Shown in pieces: positions 20,487 through 31,342 of a stretch of 64,000 nucleotides of DNA. Where the stretch lies: NCBI GenBank assembly GCA_029856045.1, contig JAHQWG010000039.1, positions 1 to 64,000 on the forward strand, written 5' to 3'. The notes under the pieces are model-generated. The model was not told the DNA's origin. It saw nothing but the letters and a program-made list of their open reading frames with translations, and did not search any database. Both the position numbers and the translations under genes were made by a program. Source of the stretch: Promethearchaeia archaeon (lineage in GTDB: Archaea > Asgardarchaeota > Lokiarchaeia > Sigyniarchaeales > SOKP01). The number at the start of each line of letters is the position of its first letter. The stretch's first letter is position 1.

Positions 20487-21874
20487 GTATATCATATAAA
20501 AAGATAAAACAAATAGTAGGGCCCCTTTTATTCTTAAAGAACGAACACGATGTTAAATATGGGGAAATAGTTAAAATTCGAACAGATGATAATAAAGAGC
20601 GTACTGGTCAAGTCGTTAAAATGAATGAAAATTTAATTATTATTGAATCTTTTGAAGAAACAACTGGATTATCCTCAGAAAATGCTGAAATTATTTTTAC
20701 TGGCGATTCTTTCAGATTAAAAATATCTAAAGATATGATTGGACGAACATTTAATTCATTGGGAAAACCGATTGATATTAAAACAAAAAAGGAATTGGAA
20801 TCTGGGATTTTAACAGATATTGAACGTGAAATTGATGGAATCCCTATTAATCCTTTTGCTAGAGAGTATCCTTCAGAAGTTATACAGACTGGGATATCTG
20901 TAATAGACGGTTTATTTACATTAATTAGAGGTCAAAAACTTCCCATTTTTAGTGGACAAGGATTGCCACATAATAAGTTAGCAGCTCAAATCGTAACTCA
21001 AGCAAAAGTTTTAACAGGAGAACCATTTTTAATAATTTTTTGTGGGATTGGTATTATTCAAGATGATGCAATTTATTTTTTAAATCGTTTTCAAGAAAGT
21101 GGAAATATCCAAAACATTATCTCATTTATAAATTTTGCTGAAGATCCTATTATGGAAAGACTAATTATTCCAAGAGTTGCATTAACGACAGCAGAATATT
21201 TTGCTTTTGAAAAAGACATGCAAGTTCTTGTCATTTTAATTGATATGACGAATTATGCCGAAGCTTTAAGAGAATTAAGTTCTGCTAAAGAAGAGATACC
21301 GAGTAGAAAAGGCTATCCAGGGTATTTATATTCAGATTTTGCTTCTATTTATGAAAGAACAGGAAAAATAAAGGGTAAGAAGGGTTCAATTACACAAATA
21401 CCAATTTTGACAATGCCAAATGATGACATTACACATCCAATTCCTGATACTTCAGGATACATTACTGAAGGACAATTAGTTCTTAGTCGAAATTTGCATA
21501 AAAAAAATCTGTATCCTCCATTAGATGTACTAGCTTCAATATCACGACTTATGAAAGATGCTATTGGAAAACAAAATACACGTGAAGATCATGCCGATAT
21601 TAGCTCTCAATTATTAGCTTCTTATTCCAGTGCCCTTGAAGTAAGAGACCTTATTTCAATCTTAGGAGAAGAAGGGTTGAGTTTAAATCAAAAAGCCACA
21701 CTAAAATTTGGAGATGATTTTGAGAAAAAATTCTTAAATCAAGGATTAGGGGAAAATCGCAATTTTTCAAAAACATTAACTCTTGCATGGGAGATCTTAT
21801 CAAATTTAGAAAAAAATCAATTATTTAGAATTCATAAAAAATTTATAGATAAATATTATCCAGAATTGGTGTGA
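20483..21874 (+). CDS. atpB: A/V-type ATPase subunit B
   Basis: [40 protein letters not shown], arginine finger SRLM. Confidence 0.97.
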   Translation: MSISYKKIKQIVGPLLFLKNEHDVKYGEIVKIRTDDNKERTGQVVKMNENLIIIESFEETTGLSSENAEIIFTGDSFRLKISKDMIGRTFNSLGKPIDIKTKKELESGILTDIEREIDGIPINPFAREYPSEVIQTGISVIDGLFTLIRGQKLPIFSGQGLPHNKLAAQIVTQAKVLTGEPFLIIFCGIGIIQDDAIYFLNRFQESGNIQNIISFINFAEDPIMERLIIPRVALTTAEYFAFEKDMQVLVILIDMTNYAEALRELSSAKEEIPSRKGYPGYLYSDFASIYERTGKIKGKKGSITQIPILTMPNDDITHPIPDTSGYITEGQLVLSRNLHKKNLYPPLDVLASISRLMKDAIGKQNTREDHADISSQLLASYSSALEVRDLISILGEEGLSLNQKATLKFGDDFEKKFLNQGLGENRNFSKTLTLAWEILSNLEKNQLFRIHKKFIDKYYPELV

Positions 21875-21877
21875 ATT

Positions 21878-22513
21878 ATTAGTTTCAGAGAAATAAAACC
21901 TACTAAAACAAATTTAATTAATTTAAAGAAAAAATTAATTTTTGCCATTAAAGGAGAAAATTTTTTAGAATATAAACGAGAACAACTGATTGTACAAATT
22001 AAACAGTTTTGGTCTGAATATAAATTATATAAAAATAAATTTTTAGGTTTGTACAAAAATGCGCTATATAAATTATATCAAACTTATAAAGAAATGGGAG
22101 AAATCCAAGTTAATTTAATAAGCAAAATAAGTAGAATTCAGCACAATCCATTAATTAGTATAAAATATAGAAAAAGTTTTGGAATAATTATTCCTGACAT
22201 AAAATATGAAATAATACAAGAAGGACATCTCCCTGCATATTCATTTGAAAATACAAGTCACAATTGTGATGACTTGATAAATATTTTAAAAGATCTTTTT
22301 GAAGCCATGATCCATTTGGTAGAAAAAGAAGATTTAATGTTAAAGGTTGCTTTGAATTTTAAAAAAATAAATCGTAGGATAAGTGGTTTAAAAAAAAAGA
22401 TAATCCCTGAATTGCAAATAGAGATTAAGAAAATTAATGACATTTTGGAAGAAGTTGAAAGAGAAAATTTTGTTAGATTAAAAAAAACAAAAGATTTGAT
22501 TATTCAAAAATAA
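21878..22513 (+). CDS. atpD: A/V-type ATPase subunit D; probable ATT start (21875/21878), first canonical codon is TTG 22049
   Basis: The conserved N-terminal helix KPTKTNLINLKKKL...GENFLEYKREQL is encoded upstream of the TTG; C-terminal RRISGLKKKIIP...LEEVERENFVRLKK. Confidence 0.85.
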   Translation: MSFREIKPTKTNLINLKKKLIFAIKGENFLEYKREQLIVQIKQFWSEYKLYKNKFLGLYKNALYKLYQTYKEMGEIQVNLISKISRIQHNPLISIKYRKSFGIIIPDIKYEIIQEGHLPAYSFENTSHNCDDLINILKDLFEAMIHLVEKEDLMLKVALNFKKINRRISGLKKKIIPELQIEIKKINDILEEVERENFVRLKKTKDLIIQK

Positions 22514-22537
22514 AAAACTATCTAGAATGTGAGTTAA

Positions 22538-24817
22538 ATGAAGAATAAAAATGAGATGAGTTTAGTAAAAGTTACTATAAATAACAATTATAAAGATAGT
22601 ATCTTAAATCAACTTTCTAAAAAAAATATTATTTATATAAAACCCAAAGAAAAACCTAAAATAAGAGAAAAATCAGAAGAAAACCCACTATTGGAGAAAA
22701 TCATTATATTCAGACAAAATATTGAAACTTTATTTAGAAATCTTAAAATTAATAGATTTGATTTTCTTAATCTGGAATTTGATGAAAACGAAAGAATTCC
22801 ATTTGAAGTAAAGGATTTACACGAGTTAATTAACTTAACTCAAGAAGAGATAAATTTTTACACCAATCGTTTTAATGAATTGGAGAGATATATTGCTAAA
22901 GCAACAATTGAATTGGAAAATTTAAGCACCATAAAAAGTAGCTATGAATTTTTAGATAATTTTAATTTGATGCGAGAGAGTCCAACTTATTTTAAACAAT
23001 TGAAATTTAAAGTTTATACTACTTTCTCAAAAAATATAACTAATTTAAAAGCTCTTTTTGAATTCTCTGAGTTTCCAAATCTATATCAAACATATCAAAT
23101 ATCTGATGATAGAATAGTTTTTTATATTATATATCCAGAAGAAAGAGAAAATGAGTTAATAGAAAGAATTAATATTATCTATGCAGAAGAAATACCAATT
23201 TTAAGAAGATATTTAACTTCTGAAGGAATTAAATTTAGTAGAATCAATAGAGAAATTGATCTAATTAAAAATAATTTATCTAAATACCAGAGGGAATTAG
23301 AGAGGATAAGAGATGAGAACCTTCTAAAATTTGCAGCCATTGATGAAGTAGTTCAAAATTTAGAAAAATATAATTGGGCTGAACGACAATTTGATCAAAT
23401 ATCAACGGATCGTTTAACGTTAAAATTTTTTGTTCTTAAAAATAGAAAAAAAGAAGTAATAGATGAGATTCTAAAAAATTTCAAAGAAAAAACACTAGTT
23501 GATTCAATAAATATATCTAAAAAACATCCTGTTTTAGAAACTGAGAAATTTGAAAACATATTAGAGGAAAAAAAAGCTAAAGGAAAAAAAGAAATTAAAA
23601 AAGAACAATCTGAAATTGAAGCAAAAGATATTGATTTAAGAGCTCAAACTCCAACGATAATGAGAAATGTATTTTTTGTAAGGCCTTTCGAAACCATAAC
23701 AAAAATGTATGGTACTCCTTCTTACTATGAAATTGACCCAACCCCCTTTATTGCGGTGACATTTCCCATTTTATTTGGTTTAATGTTTGGAGATATAGGG
23801 CATGGAATATGTTTAATAATTGCGGGATTAATTGGTGCCATAAAATTTAGAGAAAAAAAAGGGAGTGATTTTTATAATTTATGTTGGATTATTTTCTATT
23901 GCGGCTGGGGCTCTATTTTAGGTGGGGCATTATATGGAGAATTTTTTGGAATGCATGATGTAGAAATATTTGGATATATATTTTTACATTTGGAGCCTAT
24001 TACAATTCCAATTCTTAACATTACCCTTTATAATCCCTTGGATAATATTATGATTACCTTTAAATTTGCAGTATTACTTGGAGTTTTTCATATTAATTTG
24101 GGCTGGTTTATACAAGCATTAAATTATTGGAAGCAAGACCGCAAATATCTTGCCTTTTCAGATTCTTTCATTAAAATATCATTATTGACTGGAGGTACAA
24201 TTTTAATTTTTGTATTTGGATTTAATATTAATATATGGTTTGAATACCCATATCCGATTTTATTGCCATTGGTTCCGGGGTTATTATTAATATTCTTAAA
24301 ACCTCTTGGAAAAGTATTTCGTGTATCTTTTTTAAAAGAAGAATCCTATGGAGGATTAATTGGTGAAGGTTCAATTGAAACATTTGAAACTTTAATATCT
24401 GTTATAAGTAATGCTGCTTCTTATATAAGATTATTAGCCTTAGCATTGGCGCATATCTCTTTAATGCTTGCTATTAAAGCGATGGTTGATTTAATTGAAG
24501 GAGAAGGATTTTTAATTATAAGCATCCAATTAGTTGGATTAATCTTTGGAAATTTAGTAGTTATTTTACTCGAAGGGTTACTTGTTTTTTTAAACGCTAT
24601 GCGGCTTCATTTTTACGAATTCTTTTTTAAATTCTTTCAGGGATCGGGAACTGAATTTATTCCTTTCCATTTAACCAGTGAATATTCAATTATTAATTTT
24701 AAAATGGATATTGAAAGAGATGTAATTACTGTAGATATAGAAAGAGAGATTGAAACAAAGAAAACTTTAGAAAAAATAAATAAGGCTAAAAAGTATATCT
24801 CAAAAAAATATTTATAG
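22538..24817 (+). CDS. atpI: A/V-type ATPase subunit I (a)
   Basis: PFE...MYGTPSYYEIDPT, FGLMFGDIGHG, essential Arg in SYIRLLALALAH, RLHFYEFFFKFF. Confidence 0.95.
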   Translation: MKNKNEMSLVKVTINNNYKDSILNQLSKKNIIYIKPKEKPKIREKSEENPLLEKIIIFRQNIETLFRNLKINRFDFLNLEFDENERIPFEVKDLHELINLTQEEINFYTNRFNELERYIAKATIELENLSTIKSSYEFLDNFNLMRESPTYFKQLKFKVYTTFSKNITNLKALFEFSEFPNLYQTYQISDDRIVFYIIYPEERENELIERINIIYAEEIPILRRYLTSEGIKFSRINREIDLIKNNLSKYQRELERIRDENLLKFAAIDEVVQNLEKYNWAERQFDQISTDRLTLKFFVLKNRKKEVIDEILKNFKEKTLVDSINISKKHPVLETEKFENILEEKKAKGKKEIKKEQSEIEAKDIDLRAQTPTIMRNVFFVRPFETITKMYGTPSYYEIDPTPFIAVTFPILFGLMFGDIGHGICLIIAGLIGAIKFREKKGSDFYNLCWIIFYCGWGSILGGALYGEFFGMHDVEIFGYIFLHLEPITIPILNITLYNPLDNIMITFKFAVLLGVFHINLGWFIQALNYWKQDRKYLAFSDSFIKISLLTGGTILIFVFGFNINIWFEYPYPILLPLVPGLLLIFLKPLGKVFRVSFLKEESYGGLIGEGSIETFETLISVISNAASYIRLLALALAHISLMLAIKAMVDLIEGEGFLIISIQLVGLIFGNLVVILLEGLLVFLNAMRLHFYEFFFKFFQGSGTEFIPFHLTSEYSIINFKMDIERDVITVDIEREIETKKTLEKINKAKKYISKKYL

Positions 24818-24843
24818 ATTTAAACTCCAGCCATTTAAGGAAT

Positions 24844-25290
24844 ATGATTGATCAAGATATAGAAAAAAAAAAATCTAAAAAGGGTATTATACTAAGACTA
24901 TTTTTTTTAATTGTTAATTTATTAATAGTGTTTTTCTTGTATAATCTCTTAAATGAATTTGGTGTAAATCCCTTTATAATTGCCTTAATACTTATTTTTG
25001 TATTTTTAGTATTTGCTGGACCTTTATTAAGTGGAAAAAGTAAATCTCTTTATTCAAGAATGTTTCCTGATAAAAAAAAGAAGGCAAGAGAAAAATTTCT
25101 AAGAAAACGAGAAGAATATGAAAAAAAAGATGAGATGAGACAATTTAAATTAAAACACATTAATCAAATTGATTTGGATTTTGAATACCGCAAGCCAATT
25201 ATTCATAAATGTGAGAAATGTGGTATGATAATTACGAAATTTGCAAAAAAATGCCCTATCTGTGGTAAAAAGATAGATTATTATGAATGA
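24844..25290 (+). CDS. two-TM membrane protein with C-terminal zinc ribbon
   Basis: Two hydrophobic helices, basic linker, CEKCG...CPICG. Confidence 0.7.
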   Translation: MIDQDIEKKKSKKGIILRLFFLIVNLLIVFFLYNLLNEFGVNPFIIALILIFVFLVFAGPLLSGKSKSLYSRMFPDKKKKAREKFLRKREEYEKKDEMRQFKLKHINQIDLDFEYRKPIIHKCEKCGMIITKFAKKCPICGKKIDYYE

Positions 25291-25322
25291 CAATATCTAT
25301 AATATAAAGATATGTAAAAAAA

Positions 25323-27116
25323 ATGACTAAATCTGAATATGGATACATTTCCGCAATTAATGGAACATTAATCGAAATAAAAGGATTAGAGGATAAAATA
25401 CGACTTCATGATTTAATTAAAGTTTCTGAGCATAATATTTTAGGTGAAGTCATTCAAAAATTTTCTGACCATGTAGTTGCTCAATGTTTCGAAAGTACCA
25501 TAAATTTAAAATTAAAGGAAGAAGTTATCGACATTAATGAGCCTTTATCTATGGAGTTAGCTCCTGGTTTATTAACAAAAGTTTTTGATGGAATTCAAAG
25601 ACCATTACAAAAAACTTTTAACAAATTCAAAGATGGAGGATTAAAGAGAGGTCTTAAATTTCCATCCTTATCAAGAACAAAAAAATGGCATTTTGTACCG
25701 ATAAAAAAATTAAATGACGATGTAATTAGCGGAGATATAATTGGTACAGTACAAGAAACTCATTTAATAGAACATAGAATAATGGTGCCCCCTAATATCT
25801 CTGGAAAATTGTCTTTTATAGCTGAGGAGGGTGAATATACGATCATTGATGAGATATATAAATTGGAAAAAGATAGTAAAGAAAAAACTTATAATATGCT
25901 TCAAAAATGGCCTATTACAAGGAAGAGACCTTATAAAGAGAGAATAGATCCCTATGAACCACTGATTACAGGGATGCGTGTAATTGATTTATTATTTCCT
26001 GTGGCAAAAGGAGGTTCTGTTGCTATTCCAGGTGGATTTGGAACCGGTAAAACTATAATTCAACAATCGATAGCCAAATGGTGCAATGCTGATATAATTA
26101 TTTATATTGGTTGTGGAGAGCCAGGGAATGAAATTGCTGATATTTTAAAACAGTTTACTGAATTAATGGATCCAAAAAGCGGACAACAATTATTTGAACA
26201 TATCATTCTTATTGCAAATACTTCAAATATGCCTGTTTCAGCACGAGAAGCCAGTCTTTTTTCAGGAGTTACAATAGCAGAATATTATAGAGATATGGGA
26301 TATGATGTTGCAGTTTTAGCCGATAGTACTTCAAGATGGGCAGAATCCTTAAGAGAAATTTCTGGTTTATTAGAAGAAATGCCTGCAGAGGAGGGTTATC
26401 CTGCTTATTTACCATCAAAACTTTCCAGCTTTTATGAACGAGCAGGTGTTGTAAAAGTTTTAGGAGATAACTATTTAGGTAATGAAATAACTGGTTCTTT
26501 AACAATAATTGGAACTATATCCCCTCCAGGTGGAGATTTTAGTGAACCAGTCACCGCAACTACTAAACGTGTTGTTCAAACGTTTTGGGCATTAGATGCT
26601 AAATTAGCTTACTTAAAGCACTACCCTGCTATAAATTGGTTAAATTCATATTCAAATTATCCGGAATATATCAAAAATTGGTGGAATCAGAATGATATTA
26701 ATTGGTCAGAAATAGATATTGAATGGTATGAATGTCGAAAACAAGTAAATGAGATTTTATCTAAGGAAAATGATTTAAAATATATTACTCAATTATTAGG
26801 AGTAAAGAATTTACCTGAAGATCAACAACTAGATCTATTTATTGCAAAAATAATTAAAAATGGTTTTCTTAACCAAAGTGCATTTGATAAGATTGATAAT
26901 TTTACTGATTTTAAAAAATTAATGGCATATATTAAGATTATTCTTTTATTATATAAAGAGGGAAAAGATCTTATAGAACAAGGTTTTATAATTGAAGAAA
27001 AAATTGATGAAGAGATCGTAAATGATATTTTAAGAATTGGTCATTCTATTTCTAATGAAGATATCTACCAAATTGAAAAATTAAAAAATAAATTACTTGA
27101 AATTACAAAACCTTAA
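25323..27116 (+). CDS. atpA: A/V-type ATPase subunit A paralog (copy 2) with GER->GEP substitution
   Basis: Colinear with and highly similar to 18660-20486; GGFGTGKT intact but GCGEPGNE. Confidence 0.92.
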   Translation: MTKSEYGYISAINGTLIEIKGLEDKIRLHDLIKVSEHNILGEVIQKFSDHVVAQCFESTINLKLKEEVIDINEPLSMELAPGLLTKVFDGIQRPLQKTFNKFKDGGLKRGLKFPSLSRTKKWHFVPIKKLNDDVISGDIIGTVQETHLIEHRIMVPPNISGKLSFIAEEGEYTIIDEIYKLEKDSKEKTYNMLQKWPITRKRPYKERIDPYEPLITGMRVIDLLFPVAKGGSVAIPGGFGTGKTIIQQSIAKWCNADIIIYIGCGEPGNEIADILKQFTELMDPKSGQQLFEHIILIANTSNMPVSAREASLFSGVTIAEYYRDMGYDVAVLADSTSRWAESLREISGLLEEMPAEEGYPAYLPSKLSSFYERAGVVKVLGDNYLGNEITGSLTIIGTISPPGGDFSEPVTATTKRVVQTFWALDAKLAYLKHYPAINWLNSYSNYPEYIKNWWNQNDINWSEIDIEWYECRKQVNEILSKENDLKYITQLLGVKNLPEDQQLDLFIAKIIKNGFLNQSAFDKIDNFTDFKKLMAYIKIILLLYKEGKDLIEQGFIIEEKIDEEIVNDILRIGHSISNEDIYQIEKLKNKLLEITKP

Positions 27117-27331
27117 TATTAATCTCTCTGATTCTTAAAAAAAAATAAATCCAATTTATAAAAAGTTATAATCTAAAGTGTTATTTAACACAATTTAGCT
27201 CTGGAAATTTTAATCTTTTTATTAATAAGAAATAAAAATTTAATTTATTGAATTTTATAATAAATAACTTTTTATTTTAAATTTTTAATGGAAAAAACAC
27301 TTCAGAAAATTTAATAAATGGTAATAATAAA

Positions 27332-29182
27332 ATGGAATATTTTGGATTTACTGGAAAACTTTTGAAGATAAATTTAACGGATAAATCAATATCTGAAGAA
27401 AAATTAAATCATAATTTTTCCCAAGAGTTTTTAGGTGGTGCTGGATATGCTTGTCGGTATTTATTTGAGTTAATTGATAAAGAAATAGATCCTTTATCTC
27501 CTCAAAATAAAATAATGATTATGACTGGACCGTTAAGTGGAACAGCAGCTCCCTCTTCCGGAAGGTTTGTAATCTGTTCAAAATCACCTTATACTAATTT
27601 ATGGAGTGAATCTAATTGTGGTGGGTTTTTTGGACCTGAATTAAAAAAGACTGGTTATGATGGGATAGTCATCACTGGAAAATCAGAACATCCGGTTTAT
27701 ATAAAAATATTTAAAGATAATGCCGAAATTTGTGATGCTTCACATATTTGGAGTAAAGGAATAATTGAATCTAATAAAATACTCAAAAAGGTATTTGATA
27801 ACTCAAAAGCAAGAGTTCTATGTATTGGGCAGGCAGGAGAAAATTTAGTTAAATATGCTATAGTAGCCGCTGAAGGTAGAGCAGCGGGACGAACAGGGTT
27901 GGGGGCGGTTTTTGGTTCTAAAAAATTAAAAGGGATAGCTGTTATGGGAAACAATTTAAAACCAAAAATAGCAAGACCTTCTGAATTTAAAGAAACTGTT
28001 AAAAAAATCAGTAAGTATATAACGAATTCTAATTTTACTAAAGCTTTTAGAGAATATGGCACAAGCATAGGAATAAGATCCGCTCATTCATTAGGAGATT
28101 TACCAATAAAATATTTCTCTAAGGGTGAATGGAGTGAAATAGATAAGATTTCAGGACAAAAACTTAAACAAGAATATTTAGTAAAAAATAGATCGTGTTG
28201 GAATTGCGTAGTAGGATGTGGAAGAATAGTAGCTATCAATAATAAAGATCACTCTCTGCCGGAACATGAGGGACCTGAATATGAAACGATTGCAGGATTT
28301 GGCTCAATGATTTTAAATGATAATTTACCTTCAATAATAAAAGCAAATTATATGTGTAATGATTATGGAATTGATACAATAAGTTCTAGTGGGACTATTG
28401 CATTACTTTATTACTTGTATAATCAAAAAAAGATTAAAAAAGAAGATATTGATAATTTAGATTTACAATGGGGTAATTCGGATTCTCTATTAAAACTAAT
28501 TGAAAAAATAGCATTTAGAGAGGGAATTGGAGATGTTCTTGCTGATGGTTCTAACGCTGTAGGAGAAAGATTTAATATATCTAGAGATGAAATAGCGACT
28601 GTGAATAATTTGGAAGTTCCATATCATGATATGCGGAATTGTTATGGAATGTCATTAACCTACGGATTTAGCCCAAGAGGTCCCTGCCATATGACAGGAG
28701 ATATCTATAAAATTGGAAAAAAAGGAAATGAAATAGATTTTTCATCGGTTGGTGTTAATAAAATTGATATGCACCAAAACAATAAAAAAATGGCTGAAGC
28801 ATGTGCAAGATTACAAGATTATCGCGCTTTCTATTCTAGTTTAATAATATGTAATTTTATAAATCCACCTCCTTCCTATTTCGTAGAATTATTAAATAGC
28901 TTGTTCGGAATTGACCTTGATTTAGAAAAAATTCAACTAATCGGTGAAAGAATCTTTACAATTAAAAGGCTTTTCAATATTAAAATGGGTTTAAATTCAA
29001 GAAATGATTATATTCCTAAAATTTTACGCACACCAGTTAAGGAAGGAGCTTCAATGGGTAAAGCGCCAGATTTTGATAAATTGAAAAATTATTATTATGA
29101 GGTTCGCAATTGGGATCCTCAAACAGGAATACCAAATAGTGAAAAAATAAAGGAATTGGGATTATTAGATTTAAGGATTTAA
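27332..29182 (+). CDS. aor: tungsten-containing aldehyde:ferredoxin oxidoreductase family protein
   Basis: KSP.T, GYDGIVI.G, IGQAGENLV, RAAGRTGLGAVFGSKKLK, CxxCxxxC, GPEYET, CNDYGIDTIS. Confidence 0.9.
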   Translation: MEYFGFTGKLLKINLTDKSISEEKLNHNFSQEFLGGAGYACRYLFELIDKEIDPLSPQNKIMIMTGPLSGTAAPSSGRFVICSKSPYTNLWSESNCGGFFGPELKKTGYDGIVITGKSEHPVYIKIFKDNAEICDASHIWSKGIIESNKILKKVFDNSKARVLCIGQAGENLVKYAIVAAEGRAAGRTGLGAVFGSKKLKGIAVMGNNLKPKIARPSEFKETVKKISKYITNSNFTKAFREYGTSIGIRSAHSLGDLPIKYFSKGEWSEIDKISGQKLKQEYLVKNRSCWNCVVGCGRIVAINNKDHSLPEHEGPEYETIAGFGSMILNDNLPSIIKANYMCNDYGIDTISSSGTIALLYYLYNQKKIKKEDIDNLDLQWGNSDSLLKLIEKIAFREGIGDVLADGSNAVGERFNISRDEIATVNNLEVPYHDMRNCYGMSLTYGFSPRGPCHMTGDIYKIGKKGNEIDFSSVGVNKIDMHQNNKKMAEACARLQDYRAFYSSLIICNFINPPPSYFVELLNSLFGIDLDLEKIQLIGERIFTIKRLFNIKMGLNSRNDYIPKILRTPVKEGASMGKAPDFDKLKNYYYEVRNWDPQTGIPNSEKIKELGLLDLRI

Positions 29183-29214
29183 ATAATTTAATTTAAATAA
29201 ATAATCCAAATGTT

Positions 29215-30885
29215 TTATTTCCTTTTTTTAACTTCTTTTTCTCTAAGAACTCGTCTTAAAATTTTTCCAATAGCGCTTTTTGGTAAAGACCGAACGAATT
29301 TCACTTTTCTAGGATATTTATAGGCTGCCATATTTTCTTTAGTCCAGTCGATAATCTCTTGTTCGGTGATTTTACCTTTGTATTCATTTTTAAGAGTGAT
29401 ATGTGCCATTATATCTTCACCTTTGATAGGGTCTTTTACGCCTATTACAGCACATTCTTGAATTGCTGGATGTTCATATAAAATCTCCTCAATTTCTCTT
29501 GGATATACAGAGTGTCCTTTGTATTTTATTAAATCTTTTACTCTATCAATTAGGAAAATGTATCCCTCTTCATCGAGTCTTGCAAAATCACCAGTTCTAA
29601 GCCATTTATAACCGCCCGCTTCAAAAAAAACTTTTTTATTTTCTTCAGGTCTATTATGATAACCAATCATAACTTGAGGGCCTGATACAACTAATTCTCC
29701 GTCATCTCCAATCGGTAAAAATTCTAACTTCTCATTAATAATCCCCACCAAAGTGCTGGCAACTGCATGACCGCAGCTACCTAATTTTTTCTTTGCCCAA
29801 GGAGGAGAAGTAGTCACATCTGGACTCGTTTCACTAAGTCCATATCCTTCACCTATGGCGAATCCAGTTCTTCTTTCCCATTCTTTGGCAATCTCAATTG
29901 GTAATGGTGCTGCACCCACATTAACATATTTCAAGCAAGAGAAATCTACATTTTCACCTAGAGGTGAATTTAAAAGATTTATAAACATAGTTGGCACACC
30001 GAGCATCGTATTTGGTTTATATTTCTTCATTATTTCAAAGATTTGACCGAGATCAAATGTTGGTAAGATGATTCCTTTTGCTCCAATTAAAGGATTAACT
30101 GCTAATTCACAGGTTTGTCCGTAGATATGATACCAAGGGAGCACAGAAATTGATTGAATATCTTCCTTAAGATATTTCTCTTTCATATAATCAGAGATTT
30201 GCTTGATTTGCAAAATATTTGCTATGATATTATAATGAGATAAACAAGCACCTTTAGGTAATCCAGTTGTGCCTCCAGTATATTGAATTACAGCGATGTC
30301 TTCCTTGGGATTAATCTTAATTTCAAAAGATTGAATGGGTTCGGGATTTTGATCCATTAAAGTATTAAAATGAACAATTTTATTAGTTTCTGGTTCTTTT
30401 GGAGTTTGACCTTCAATATTGATGAGAATTACTTTTTCTAGCGGTAGCTCATCTTTAACTTTATTATATTGTTGGAAAAATCTGTCAAGTATAATCAAAA
30501 TTTTAGCTCCAGAATCTTTTATTTGATAGGACATTTCTCTCGCAACAAATAATGGACTGATAGCTGTCAAGGTTGCTCCAATTGATAATATGGAAAAATA
30601 GCTAATGCTGAAATGCGGGCAATTTGGTAACCATAAAGCTACAATATCTCCTTTTTTAACTCCTAATTTTAACAGTGCACCAGCAAATCTTCTTGTTAAG
30701 CTATCGAGCTCTATAAAGGTATATTCCTTTCCATAGAAATCCATTGAAATTCTATCACCATATTCTAACCCTTTTTGAAATATATCACCCAAGGATAAAT
30801 CTTCAGGTATATCAATCTCTAAGGTGATTCCAGCCGGTAAATAATCCTTCCAATATCGGTTTTTAATATAATCTGGGAGATCCAT
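29215..30885 (-). CDS. long-chain fatty acid--CoA ligase
   Basis: YTGGTTGLPKG, EGYGLSET, RTGD, DRVKDLI, LPKSAIGKILRR. Confidence 0.92.
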   Translation of the reverse strand: MDLPDYIKNRYWKDYLPAGITLEIDIPEDLSLGDIFQKGLEYGDRISMDFYGKEYTFIELDSLTRRFAGALLKLGVKKGDIVALWLPNCPHFSISYFSILSIGATLTAISPLFVAREMSYQIKDSGAKILIILDRFFQQYNKVKDELPLEKVILINIEGQTPKEPETNKIVHFNTLMDQNPEPIQSFEIKINPKEDIAVIQYTGGTTGLPKGACLSHYNIIANILQIKQISDYMKEKYLKEDIQSISVLPWYHIYGQTCELAVNPLIGAKGIILPTFDLGQIFEIMKKYKPNTMLGVPTMFINLLNSPLGENVDFSCLKYVNVGAAPLPIEIAKEWERRTGFAIGEGYGLSETSPDVTTSPPWAKKKLGSCGHAVASTLVGIINEKLEFLPIGDDGELVVSGPQVMIGYHNRPEENKKVFFEAGGYKWLRTGDFARLDEEGYIFLIDRVKDLIKYKGHSVYPREIEEILYEHPAIQECAVIGVKDPIKGEDIMAHITLKNEYKGKITEQEIIDWTKENMAAYKYPRKVKFVRSLPKSAIGKILRRVLREKEVKKRK

Positions 30886-31076
30886 TAATATTCACTTATG
30901 ATCATGCCTTTTAGATTTTGAAATATTATATAATTGCTGTTATTGACTTTAGATAAAGTTTTAATAATATTAGGTGACTACTTTTGTATATTTATACTTA
31001 ATTGAAATTTATAATAACCACATTAAATATTGGAAAAAAAAGAAAATAAAATTGAAGGATTCAGAAATTTAAAAGA

Positions 31077-31304
31077 TTAAAAGATGCTTCCAAAAAAACT
31101 ATTTATATCAAATAGAAACTCATATTGTTTATTGCACTCAACGCAAACATACTGTAATTCATCATAGTATCGATCTTCATTATTCAATAATGATTGGTGA
31201 ATGAATTTTAATTGTCCTCCACATTCGCACTTATGTTTCCTTGTAATTTCATACTCCTCGGCAACTGAAGATACTTTTAATGCATTTGAAAAATCTCGAA
31301 CCAT
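31077..31304 (-). CDS. small putative Zn-binding hypothetical protein
   Basis: 75 aa with CECGG...CVEC; preceded by a GAGG RBS-like sequence; follows the aminotransferase. Confidence 0.65.
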   Translation of the reverse strand: MVRDFSNALKVSSVAEEYEITRKHKCECGGQLKFIHQSLLNNEDRYYDELQYVCVECNKQYEFLFDINSFFGSIF

Positions 31305-31342
31305 CCCTTAAGTTAAACCTCTTTTAACAATCATTCATTAAT

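Noticed and set aside
25323-27116. Second atpA as a pseudogene or assembly duplicate
   Set aside because: The frame is intact for 597 codons and differs from copy 1 at many synonymous and non-synonymous sites
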